The notes under the pieces: model-generated
What the model saw: only the letters and a program-made list of their open reading frames with translations
The model's database searches: none
What the model was told of the DNA's origin: nothing
Program-made: the position numbers and the translations under genes
In this document: piece by piece, positions 52,849 through 64,000 of the stretch
Layout of the letters: the number at the start of each line of letters is the position of its first letter
Position numbering within the stretch: position 1 is the first letter of the stretch
Source: Harriotta raleighana
Lineage: Eukaryota
Assembly: GCA_050575255.1 (NCBI GenBank)
Contig: JBNZDD010013714.1
Span: 6,189,478-6,253,477 of the forward strand
Direction of reading: 5' to 3'
DNA: 64,000 nt

Positions 52849-54802
52849 TCTACCCTTGTTTCATAATAATTTTCGACGATCATTTTCCACTGCACCAGTG
52901 TGTCTCCTCACTTTCTCCCACTCACTTCTCCCCGCCAACTATACCTAAATGTGATCAATGTTTTTGTCAGTCCTAACAAGTGGAGGCTTCCGACTTGTCC
53001 AGCGAAGAGACGAGACTGCTTCCCATCAGAAGGGTATGTTTTGAAACCAAATGCTAGAGATTGAACCCACTATTCCCTTCCCCCCTCTGCCCCACATTGT
53101 TACAATGTGTATTTTTATTTATATAATGCCTTTTTATTACTTAAAGACTGGAGAGCCAGAAAGAAGCAACTGTGGATTTTATTGAATCGTTCACTTCCAA
53201 ATCAATCAATAATCCTCTTGCCAATCAACAGAAACCTATACATGACCTTTTCAAACAATCACTAAAGCGTTCAGTGAGGAGGTGAATATATGTGAATGAG
53301 CTATTATGTTAAACTGTTTGAGTATCATTGGAGACAATAAACTTTTATTTTACATTCATAACAGTCAAACTCTCTTCTGTAGGATATGCTGCCACATTGT
53401 GGTTGCATTATGAAACTGATTTAAATTGTTAATATTTCACCAGCTATGGAACATTAGAAAATAAATGGTTTGAAGTAATTAATGAGACAATTGTATTATG
53501 TGAAGAAGAATCTCTCAAACATGAAGAGGATATTGTAGTTGATCTTTACTGTTTGATCGAGTATGATGGATGCTTTGTTGCAGCATATCTAAATTAACAT
53601 AATATCATTGTCAAGGGACTCGTGAAAAGGTTCAATTACAGCGCAATCTCATTAATACCAAGGCTTGTTAAACTAACAGACAGCCCCATAGACTCTGTTA
53701 TGCAGACAAAGACTGTATGTGTTGGAAATACAATTAGCAGATGAGTGTCTCCTGCCTGAAGGATGACACTGCTAGTTCTCAGTTTCACTCCCATAAAAAT
53801 ATATGAAAATTTGTAGGTTAAGACAACAAAACATAAGATTCTTTATACCATGGCGAAATAAACAATAAGAAAAATAGGTCTCCAGTCATATATTTACAAG
53901 GACAGACCTGAACTGTAAGACCGTTACGTTGTACTAATACAGCTGGCTTCACATTGCCTGATCCAACAAGAATCCCAGAATACTGAATCGTTTTCCAGTG
54001 ACTCTCATCGTGTAGAATTCCTGATTTCTTCAAGCATAGCACTTTAACACTTAAACACAAACTCCTGCTGTAAGTCCCTTGTTCACCAGCTTGGATTGCA
54101 CTGCTCACTGAACACAATCAAACCATGCCAAAGACCACCATGACATATTTTAGGAACATAATATATAAGTTATTAATTTGAACCCCTGGGGCACAAGAGT
54201 TACACAGTGGCTTTTTTATTGCAAGGAGGTAAAAGAACTGCTGAGTCAGTGTAACGTGATTTGTATTTTACATTTATCCCAATCCAGCTATATATAGTTA
54301 ACTTTTTTAATGTACAAAATATGTTTCATTTTGGCAAAATGATCTCGCTTTTTATGCTCTGCCTGCTTTACTTGTAGAGTATAGAATCGTTAATTGTTAA
54401 GAATACTCTGTGACCAATATGAACAGCATGAGAAAATAAAGTGTCAGCCTAGACTGCATTTATGATAGAAATAATAAGAAGAATCCTTGCTTTTGAGATG
54501 TCTTAAAATCTCATCTACTGTAGTGCGATTTCCTTACGTTTCAGAACAAAAAGATTTTTGGTTTAAAAATAATTTATTTTTACAAGTAAGAAAAATATAC
54601 TCTTGTTATTTCCTCATATTCTCAAGATAGGATCAGTCAATGTGTTTCCTACAGGATTCCTTGATAAGGGATCCATGTGAGGACTTATTTTAGGTACCTG
54701 GAACTACAGAAATGTACTGTGGATCACTTTCAGAGAGAATCTGTAGGTTGGTGTATTGCATTAAGAAATTGTTGTATATAAAATTCCATAATGTTATTGA
54801 AT

Positions 54803-55185
54803 TAAATCCTTACATTTTATACAGCAAATTTCAAATCCGAAGGACATCTCAAAATGCTTCACAGTATATATTGTAAAGTGTGACTGCATTTAGTCAGCAA
54901 ACATAGAGGTCTATTTGCACATAGCAGTGTCTCACAAACAGATTAACTTATTTTGGGGGATTGTTGACCAAAGCACCTGACAAAACAATATTTCATTTTC
55001 AAATGGTTCCATGGAAACTTCAATGTCCACTTGAATAGGCGGTTGGTTCCTTGGCTTAACGTCTCATCCAAAAGCTGGAATCTTTTACAATGCAACACTC
55101 CCTCCTCCCCATCAGTGTATTAAAATGTAGCCAGAACTTGAGGGTTCAAAGTCCATGGGTGAGATATGAACCCGCAACTTTCAGC
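54803..55185 (-). mobile_element. Old DeuSINE
   Basis: Tail, TTGCACATAGCAGTGTCTCACAAACAG, TTAACGTCTCATCCAAAAG, ATGAACCCGCAAC (B-box-like, reverse complement). Confidence 0.8.
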
Positions 55186-56754
55186 TGTATTTTTGTGGAC
55201 TTAAGAGTAACAGTCTTTGTCAGAATTTCAAGATGCCCAAATTAAATTTCAGTCAAGTTATTGGCTGCCAATGGCCCCAGCTCCTCCTGCTCCTCACACA
55301 ACAGAAACTGTTGGGTATTAAACGTAACCATTTGCCTGCTTTAATGCGAGTGATTTGGGATGTGAAGTTGCTGAATTGTTCTGCAATTCAAAACGCCTGT
55401 CATTTGAAGATAATCAGAATGATGCAGCACAGCCAGACATTGTGTATACCATCAACTTTCCAAACAAAATCATTTCCAGTTAACTGTTTTGACTTTCTCT
55501 AGAACAGAGGTGCATATCCTTCTGTGAATGGGGGACAACTGTGCAGAATTCTGCTCCGGGTATCTTGACTTTGCTGTAAGTCTGCCCAACAAGGTCACCA
55601 CATGCTTTCAGGTTTACTCCTGTCAATTTCTGTTGCGATGCCACTGAAAAACATGCTCCCACTTGTGCATTTCCTTCAACCATGTATTGTGGGAAGGACA
55701 GGGCAAGTTCAAAGTCTAGCATTCGATAGAGACTTGTTAAGCCCCTAGATAACCCACGAGAGTATAGTCATAAAATATAAATTTGTAAATATGGTATTAC
55801 AACTTTCTCTACAAACTACGTTACATCTGTTTCGGATAGGAACATAAGGATGAACACAAAATGCCTCCTAGTTGATAACCATAGAAACAGCTGTGTAGCA
55901 CACAGCAGCTGGCAAAACAATAGATAACCCTGGGAGGGACGTGTACTCCAGCTGTGGTGAGTCGAGGAGAAAAATGAACAGGGAGGATTAGCTGCAGCAG
56001 CCCTGCCTCAGCGTCTGTGTACCAGGCCTCTGATTCCCTGTAGTGTAACACTCCGCTCATTCAATTCCCACTTAATGTCTCTGCAGCTCACTGATCTCAG
56101 GGCTATTAACACTTGGTGGCTGCTGACCCCGGTCATCCCACTTTCATTCACCAATATGCAACAGATTTGTACTTACACACTCGCTGGGACCTCACAGGGT
56201 TGCAAGAGGGCGGACATGACATTGCCCCTGATCTCTGTGCCCTCATAAATGACCCCAATCAAACTTTCCCATTCTTGTGCTATTGATACAGTGCACCCTG
56301 CCATAGGAGTAAAATCCCAGTGAAAATGCACAGTTCATTAGGAAAACACAGCAGCTTTTTCAAGTGATTTGTAAACTTTGAAGAGACATTGTAATAAAAT
56401 TGTAAGAAGATCATAAGTTTTTTTTAAAAAATCTCAAGGACATTAACGGTATCTTTTTTCTTTTTGTTAACTCTGTGGAAGGAAAAAATCTAGTTCAAGG
56501 TAGAGTTTACCTTTTGCACAACCTTACTTTAAATATTAAATTGATTTATGTAATTATTTCATAAGTCAAAATGGTGCAAAATGTTATAAGCAGAATTTTC
56601 GAAGTACAAATCTAAATATAATTCTGAGCTGTGCAGATTAATTTTAACAGCTACTTTTATTTGTGTGACCGCTGGTTCTTTGTCTGTATTTATTAATCAT
56701 CCACTGGAAGAAATGTCAGGCTTGTCTAAGGATCTGAGTGAGTGTATGTTACAA

Positions 56755-57090
56755 CACTATTCACCTCTGAGACCTCAATTTAATTCTGGCCCAGACAAAT
56801 TGGATTAAAAAAAATTCTATTGCATGGCTGTTAAGAATTCTAAAAGAAATGAGTTAAGATAGTCTCAAGTCAACTTCCAGTTCATGTGAGCGCACATCAT
56901 CAAACTACCCAATTGCTTCTGCTACAAGACTAACTGAGACACTGATTCTCTGGTCACTCTCACTCATTGTTAGAATAGCTAATGACACCAATAGATATAG
57001 ATTGTTGGTGCCCACAGAGCTCAGGGATGAGACATAGTGTAGATGAGCTTCACTGTTGCATTGTAATCCATGCTTGCTGAACATGATGTG
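56755..57090 (+). mobile_element. LF-SINE-like element, degenerate
   Basis: Collinear blocks TTCACCTCT, GCCCAG, GGCTGTT, GAAATGAGTT, GTCTCA, CACATCA, TCAGGG.TGAG.CA, AGCTT.CACTG, CCATGCT follow the LF-SINE consensus as I recall it. No alignment was run. Confidence 0.6.
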
Positions 57091-57444
57091 AAGAAAAAAT
57101 CTGATGAAGCACTATAAATATATTTGAAGCTTATGATGGTTTGAGGAACAAGATTATGGTTCTTAACAAGAGATAATAGGCTGACTACCCAGTTCAAATG
57201 TTGTGATAATGCTAGTGCAAAATCCACAATTGTTCTTATCTTCTAATTATTGACTGCGGATTTCTGAGTTGCGTAGGTGAATCATGGTGGAAATGTTCCA
57301 AGCAAAAGACCTTGGGCATGTTATGTTGGGATCCAAAGCAAAACTAGAAGATAAAAATTGCAGCTTATTTATCAAAGTTAATATTGACCTTTCCCTGAAA
57401 TTATAGTGTTTGCTTCAGAATAGCTAGTGTTGGAACCAATGGGG

Positions 57445-57690
57445 AGCTTGGGAGGACCTTCTCACGCAGAGTGTGGTGAGAAGGTGGAGCTCACTGGCAG
57501 AAGCTTTGGTTAAAGCAAATAGATTCAATGTATTCAAGAGAAAATGTGATTATATATTGGGGAGAAGGGATTAGAGGGGGATTCAGAAGTGGGTGTTCGC
57601 TTGTGCAGAATATAAACACTGGTGTGGACTGATTTGGCCAAATGGCCTGTTCTGAGCTGTATCACTCAATATAATAACTATGTAATGTAC
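57445..57690 (+). mobile_element. CR1 3' end
   Basis: TCACGCAGAGTGTGGTGAGAAGGTGGAGCTCACTG (TQ.VV..W.SL), 3' UTR GGCCAAATGGCCTGTTCTGAGCTGTA. Confidence 0.8.
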
Positions 57691-57933
57691 CATAGGAAAG
57701 AGTTTCAGAATCCAGAGGTTTCACTTAATGTTGTTCAGGAATCTTTGTTGCTTCTTAATTAAGGTCAACAAGTGCCCTACACAATCAGTCACATGAAGCC
57801 CTGCCACTGGTGGTGAAGTAATCCAGGATCTATCCTACCCAGATCTGGTATCTTACGTGCTCCGTGCAGACCCCCTGATTGCAAGGAGGAAAGGCAATGT
57901 AAGAGAGAAAATTTAATTTTACATTTTTTAAAT

Positions 57934-58090
57934 CAACAACAAAATTACATTGTACAGACATGTCGGGAGGACATCTCAAGCTGATGGACGATCAATGTTT
58001 CAGATCTGAGCTAAGGATCGGGATCAGGGAGGGTGGAGGGCATGGGAGGAAGGATGGTGACAAAAGGCATAGTTGAAGAGAAGTCTCTTG
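57934..58090 (-). mobile_element. L2 3' end
   Basis: CAACAACAAAATTACATT...GGGAGGACATCTCAAG...CAATGTTTCAGA...GTTGAAGAGAAG, same family as 38815-39150. Confidence 0.75.
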
Positions 58091-58164
58091 ATTCAAGTCT
58101 TGAAAGAGACAAGATAAAACTAGCAGTTGTGAGTCTTACTGAAGCGACGATTCCAAGCTAATGA

Positions 58165-58228
58165 TGGGAGTTTTGAGATATCCTCCCGATGTGAAAGGCT
58201 CTATACAAATGTAATTTTGTTGTTGTTT
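58165..58228 (+). mobile_element. L2/SINE tail
   Basis: TTGAGATATCCTCCCGATGTGAAAGGCTCTATACAAATGTAATTTTGTTGTTGTT. Confidence 0.75.
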
Positions 58229-58422
58229 TGTCTGTGATGAATAGATGGGCATCTATGGGTATTTCTCGATTATAACATCAATTTAATAGAATCAGAGTGT
58301 GTTGTCGTCTTCAAGGATGTAGGCTTATTCCCTTTGCGCTAGTGGTTTCCACTTAACAGTTCAGTTTATAGTGTCTGCAACATCAATTCAATTAATTAGG
58401 TATTACGTGCATGTTAAAAAAG

Positions 58423-58820
58423 TCAGCCTGATTCAGTTGGTAGCACAATTCGAGTCAGTTGGTGGTGGGTTCAAACCTTTAGTCGGGACTTTAAGCTCAT
58501 AGCCTGAGCTGATGCTCCAATATAGTGCTGAGGGAGTCCTGGTTCTTGGAAGCCTGGTTCTTTGGGTGAGACTTTAAGGGCGTCTTGTTTGCCTGACAGG
58601 TGGATGGTAAAGATACTGAAAACTCAGTGTCTGATCAACAATTGCCCAGATGAGAAAAAATGGCAATTCAATTCATGGCTGTTTATCGGATACTCATGTC
58701 TACAAACTGGCTGTTTCGTTTGCCTCCAAAATATACAGTTATTACATTGTACGGAAAACTCTGCAAAGTGCTTTGAAAAGTATCAGCCCAATAATGCATT
58801 AAATAAAATGCAAGGAATAA
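58423..58820 (+). mobile_element. Old full-length tRNA-headed DeuSINE (SacSINE1-like)
   Basis: TCAGTTGGTAGCAC, GGGTTCAAACC (B box), GTGCTGAGGGAGT, CAGGTGGATGGTAAAGAT, tail ATGCAAGGAATAA. Confidence 0.75.
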
Positions 58821-59837
58821 ACATTAAATCACATTTGAGTTTATTTAAATTTACATGCATTTAAACATAGAGGAGTGCTCACAATGCTGAAGTAGATTTG
58901 CAAATGATTTCTGCTTTAAATGTTGGATTGATACTGAATAAATCTGTAGTACTGATTAATACTGTATACATTAAACCAACATGACAGATTGAAGCCACAC
59001 GTGTGCACACACGCCAGCTGTAGCCTGCTTCTGCTAATGTGTTAATATTCTGAGGCTTGAATTTCAGTGACATTTTTTTTCCCCAAACCCAGATTACAAT
59101 GAGTATTTTAAATATGATGGAAATCAATATTCATCATTAATGAGGAGTTTAAGAATTTGTGCAGTTCCTACGGTCCTGGATTATTTGAGGTAGGGTTCAA
59201 ACTCCATGTGAAGGCATGATGCATTCTGTAATTAAAAGTAGTTTGCAAAAGGTCAGATTGATGAAATTTGTGGTCTTCTTAAAATAAACCTACCCAGTCA
59301 GTTCCCAGAAACTAGTTCCTAAACACAGATATAGGCTTATAGAATTAATCCCAAAAGAACCACTCTTAAAGCTAATTGAATCACAGCTCACTACGTCAGC
59401 ACTAACATCAGCACTAGATAGCTACATCGAATTATCCGCAATGAAGCCTCTCACTCTACTGATACAATAATCTCGTGGCATCCAGTGTGCAGATCAATTG
59501 GACAAACATATTTTTCTGAATCATAATTAATTTTCTAGACACACAATAAGAACATTATTTCTGGTAACTAAAGAGGACAGGCAGTCGCTTAATCTTTAAA
59601 ACCACAACCTGCCTTTGACCTCAGAATTCCATTCAACACAGTAGCCATTGACCAATTATCTCTGTGGTTATGGAAAATTATACCTCGTGGACCAAGAGGT
59701 TATTTATGGATGAAAGTTTTTCACCCGGAAGTGAATCTATTGCTGTCATATGACTTCAGGTCACCCAAAGTTCCAAGGGCTTCACTTGCTTCATGTACTT
59801 ATTTTTATTTCAATTATGGGTTGTTGTTGTTGTTGAA

Positions 59838-60022
59838 GGCCAGCAAGCCTTCAGCCTCTCTGCCCCCAACCTTTGGAGTTCTATCCTGCAATCCCTCCGC
59901 CTTGCCCCCTCCCAAGCCTCCTTCAAGTCCCACCTCAAGTCCCTCCTCTTCAACCATGTCATCGGTCACAGCTCATGTTTGAAACACTGATTGTCCAGCA
60001 CCTTGAGACATCCTCCCAATGT
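59838..60022 (+). mobile_element. L2 LINE 3' end
   Basis: ORF 59793-59990 reads GQQAFSLSAPNLWSSILQSLRLAPSQASFKSHLKSLLF, the classic L2 AF...AP.LW..L...LR....FK..LK..LF pattern, then the tail start. Confidence 0.9.
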
Positions 60023-62214
60023 GGTTGATGATTTGGGATTACTGGAGTTCATTGATCAAATCATTAGCTAACCTCCTCCAATCTGTGGAATACACATACC
60101 TCACATATTATATAACATATCCCACCAATATAGTCTGAATCTCTTGAAATCTTGCAGAATCCCTCTGAATCATACCCTTACTCTCTGCCTTTCAAAACAA
60201 TTGTAATCCTTCGGTAGCTCCCATCTAACTTGTCATAAATGGAGACAAATTTCAGCTGGATTTACTCTATGTAGCAATTTAGGAAATCCAGAATTTAGCA
60301 TAATGTTAAATATAGTCTTGGCTAAGGACCAATTTTAACAGAATTTACAAGAAAGAAAAAGCTTCAAACTTAAGGCTGTGTTTAAGAATTATCTGACAAA
60401 ATTAGAACTCCCTAAAACTGATACAGAGAGTAAATCTAGACCCAGTGGAATTTCTCCCCAATGGTAGACACATATTGAATAAGCTCAGATATTCACAAAG
60501 GATACTTTATCAGAGTGCAGAAATTCTACTTGCGAGCCTTGACAGATTAAGAGATGTGAAACGGATCTTGTTTTATAATGTGTCATTCAGATTCCAACAA
60601 TCTTTTAGCAAGACAGAAGGCTGCAATTACCCAGAATAGAAACGTGCCAAAAAAGCGATCTTCAGAAATTCTTGTCGTCATTGATTTGCGGTTAAAAATC
60701 TTTCTGTTTCGATTATTACAGCTAACACTAAAATAGACTCAGAAGTTATCTTGCGCTTCAGCTTTCGTGCCCCTTAATAAAAAATTAAAGAAAATTTATT
60801 CTAGCACATCTGGCAAGACTATATTCAATGAGGGAAGCGTTGTTGAAAACTCCTTCGGGCTATCATATTTTCACACCAATGTATCACATATTTATAACTG
60901 CTGTCATATTTAGTTCATATCCATATGTAATTGCCTTATGCTGTTAGGTTGTTAACAATCTAATATGGTGCACAGATGCACTGCTTTGATGTGCGGTTTG
61001 AATCTAGTGTTTGATGAGACTGAGTATTGACCAGGCTGTGAGGCATAACACCTGCCATTAAAACTATGACTGTAGAACTGTATTTTATCGATTGCCTCTG
61101 CTATGCCTCTTAATATTATTTATTGAAGCAGGCTATCAATGGGAAATGCTTACTACCTCCTCTTATATGTGGTAATTGATGGGAAGTGAGGTATTGTGAC
61201 CCCTGCTGACCTCAATGTACTGAAAGTCAGATGGATTGCATGTAACTCAATTATGATTGATATTATCAAATTACACGATGCACAACATACTATATTGGCT
61301 CTTTCCAAGGAGATGTATTGATTTTTCGCCTTCTTTCCCCCACCCTCATCAATATCTTTTTTTAAAATAACCATTTGAATTAACATGCAAATAAAAGCAA
61401 TATTATCCAGAACTCACAATTAGATGTTTGCTATTAAAGTTATTAAATGGTAAATGTAATAAATAGCCACTTAATTAATAAACTTTATTAGGTGTAAATC
61501 ATTGATTCATTATTGAGCCACGAGAAAGTTTACTTTTTAAAGTACCCATCTAATCGAAACACTCAAGACAATGCAAGACAATCCTGCTTCTTTTATATTT
61601 TATGCTGCTGGTGCCATGACCGGAGAAATCTCTAAGTTAATTTAAATCATACTTCACGTCTGACAGTGATACGCCCTTTGTATTTACCTCAGCCAAATTA
61701 GATTGTTCAATTAAAAACAAGATCCATTATAGGCTTACTTACAATACTTGTTTTCTTAATTTCCATGTGGATGGTAATGAAGGCATTGCATGGATTATGG
61801 GGGCTGTAAACATTCACTCATACTCATACACAGGGTATGATAACTTCCCTGGTTTGTATGAGCAACTAGTGTTGAGGCTTCATAACTGTAACTGCCGGAA
61901 CCACTGTTTGATGGTTTGCAGTGTCTGTCCTGTTTGTAGAATGCTGCCAATGTACTTGCACTCTTTATGTGCAGTTGTGTTGCCAAGTTTACCCCTTGGG
62001 AGGAGTTTCTATTGGCTATCTATCTAGCTTTCATGAGGCATTGGAAATGTTCATTTAAACAGTATAAGTAGTAGTCAACATGGATTTAGAAACAATAGAT
62101 CATCATACCTGGAATTCTTTGTGGATGTAACTGATGAATAGAGTGCTATCCAGTTGGTTCTAATTGAGATGGATTTCCATAGAGTATTGGACAAGTGAAT
62201 AACCAATTCTCTCT

Positions 62215-62461
62215 GTGGTAATGTTGGCCAACACAATGGGAGAAACTCCCTTCTCTTTTCGAATAGTCCCATGGGAATGCTTACCATTCACCTCAGCAGG
62301 TAGATGTTAGCTTAGTTTTACATCTCATTTGAAGGACAAAACCTTTGACAATGTAGGCCTCCCCTGGCATTGCTCTGGTGCGTCAGTCAAGACTGTGAGC
62401 TCAAAGCTCCAACATCAGAACTCAATCTTCTGAATCAGAGATAGCAAATGAGCTGGCTGAC
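62215..62461 (-). mobile_element. Old DeuSINE body and head
   Basis: TTCGAATAGTCCCATGGGA, TTTACATCTCATTTGAAGGAC, CCTTTGACAATGTAG, CTTCTGAATCAGAG. Confidence 0.75.
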
Positions 62462-64000
62462 TCACTCTTATGTTATATCTTGTTTTTACCAAATTCACAT
62501 ATTTAGATTTTTTCCTTGGTCTTTATAGAAGCTGCCAATTAAACATCTTCCTTAACTCCTATTAAACTGAAAGAGAAAATTCTAAATCCTTCATGACAAT
62601 GAGGGAAGGAATCGCAGGGATCATATTCAATTCTAATCGAAAAGCTGAATTAAATTACTTTGATGCCACAATTGTTGACCATGAAAAATATTTTCTAATA
62701 GTTATATCCCGTCAATATCAAAACACATCAAATTCATTTACAATAACTTCTCATCAAATTCACCTGATCTGAAAGTGCCCTTTAGACCATTAGAAGCAAT
62801 CTGGTGCAAAAAGGAACGTACAGGACTTGGCTATTAACTATCTGGTGATTGAGTTCAGGTTTGTGGTAAAATGTCAGCAGCAACAACAAATGCACATATC
62901 TGTTCAGAGTGTACCTTACTTTACTCAAATGGAATCACTGTGTGAAGAGCATTGTCTCTTCTAAAGGACTTCTAACATTTCAAAGACGAGATTGGTTTGC
63001 ATAATGGCGGGCCTGTGCCTAAAAATATGACGGATCGCTGGATAGTTTCTTCAGACGTTTCTTATCACTTAGTAGAAAAATTCCTAACTGGTTATTTCAG
63101 GTTCAACAAACACCACCGAGGCCTTAAAAAGCCATCTGTATATAACCATGAATAATGATTTCCTCCTTAGTATTCAGCGATACCATTTTAACTGTGTATT
63201 TCTAACAGAAGGATATTAGAGCCCTTGTCCACAGAAGGTAATGAGGTCTAGCTCTGAAGTACTATTAGATTAGAATGAAATACAAACCCTATTACACTAT
63301 GTTGCTGTAATTATTATCAGTAAGCTGTAATATAAATATGCAAATTATTTTGGTTGAACTTTAACATTTTCTGTAGAGGCTATTCATCTCCTTAAAGTAT
63401 TACTTAAAACACTAAAGAGGATTCATACATCATTGCCTGCCATTTGGAGAACAAATATTAATCAATTTTCACTTTGCAATGGTGTACGGCAGCTGTAATC
63501 TGCTTTGTGCTGTAGCAACCCAGCAGTAACTATAGCACTAGTCAGTCTGCAAAATCATGTGGTAAAGAAGAAGCAACATAGGATTTAATAGAGTTCCTGG
63601 CACATCAGAAAGCTCTAGATAACAATCACCTGGCAACATTCTTATTCATCATACAGTATCGTAACAAAATTATTTTAAAAATAATATACTGTCCAAAAGT
63701 AAAAATGATAAGTACTCATAATAAATGAACGTTGCTTTGGTAGTTGTAATCGAGTACCATTGGAGGTTCTTCAGTTGCAAAGATTAATACCTATGTGTTT
63801 CCATTCAATCTGAACAATAAGAAGGAGGCTGCCTTCCTGAGAGAGCTCACTGATTGTAAAGTAGTTGACTCCCAGCCGAAGACTCTGAGAGCAATCCTGA
63901 AGACTATTCCATTCAAAAAGTAATTTGATGGTCCATCTCATGTTGCTGGTCTCACCTCAAGGAACCTCACCTTGCTGGGCCAATCACAGAACGAGTGCTA

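Noticed and set aside
61148-61200. let-7/miR-98-like microRNA hairpin (TACCTC...GAGGTA)
   Set aside because: Only a seed-length match, on the wrong arm, in a bulged stem. The rest does not match a let-7 mature sequence.
39-62287. ORFs in the six-frame track as host genes
   Set aside because: All are short (142 aa or less) and I recognise no host protein domain in them. The recognisable ones translate LINE remnants or overlap SINE/hAT elements.

Overview
AT-rich vertebrate non-coding DNA (gene desert or a very large intron). I found no convincing protein-coding exon, RNA gene or CRISPR array. The listed ORFs look like chance ORFs, apart from a few that translate decayed LINE ORF2 ends. The repeat set points to a cartilaginous fish, probably a holocephalan such as Callorhinchus (inference from remembered repeat consensus features, not a database search). 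It comprises tRNA-headed SINEs with a Deu domain and an L2-type tail ending TGCAAGGA(TTA)n, shark-type CR1 3' ends and L2 3' ends. Other elements are a TSD-flanked GC-rich hAT/Charlie-type non-autonomous element (27929-28435), an old RTE LINE fragment (about 44570-44950), an LF-SINE-like element (about 56755-57090) and palindromic MITE-like remnants. Many repeat-free, motif-dense blocks between the repeats look like candidate conserved non-coding enhancers. Two single-N gaps carry duplicated flanks that look like assembly artefacts. I see no evidence for a novel multi-gene system. Most repeat boundaries are approximate.
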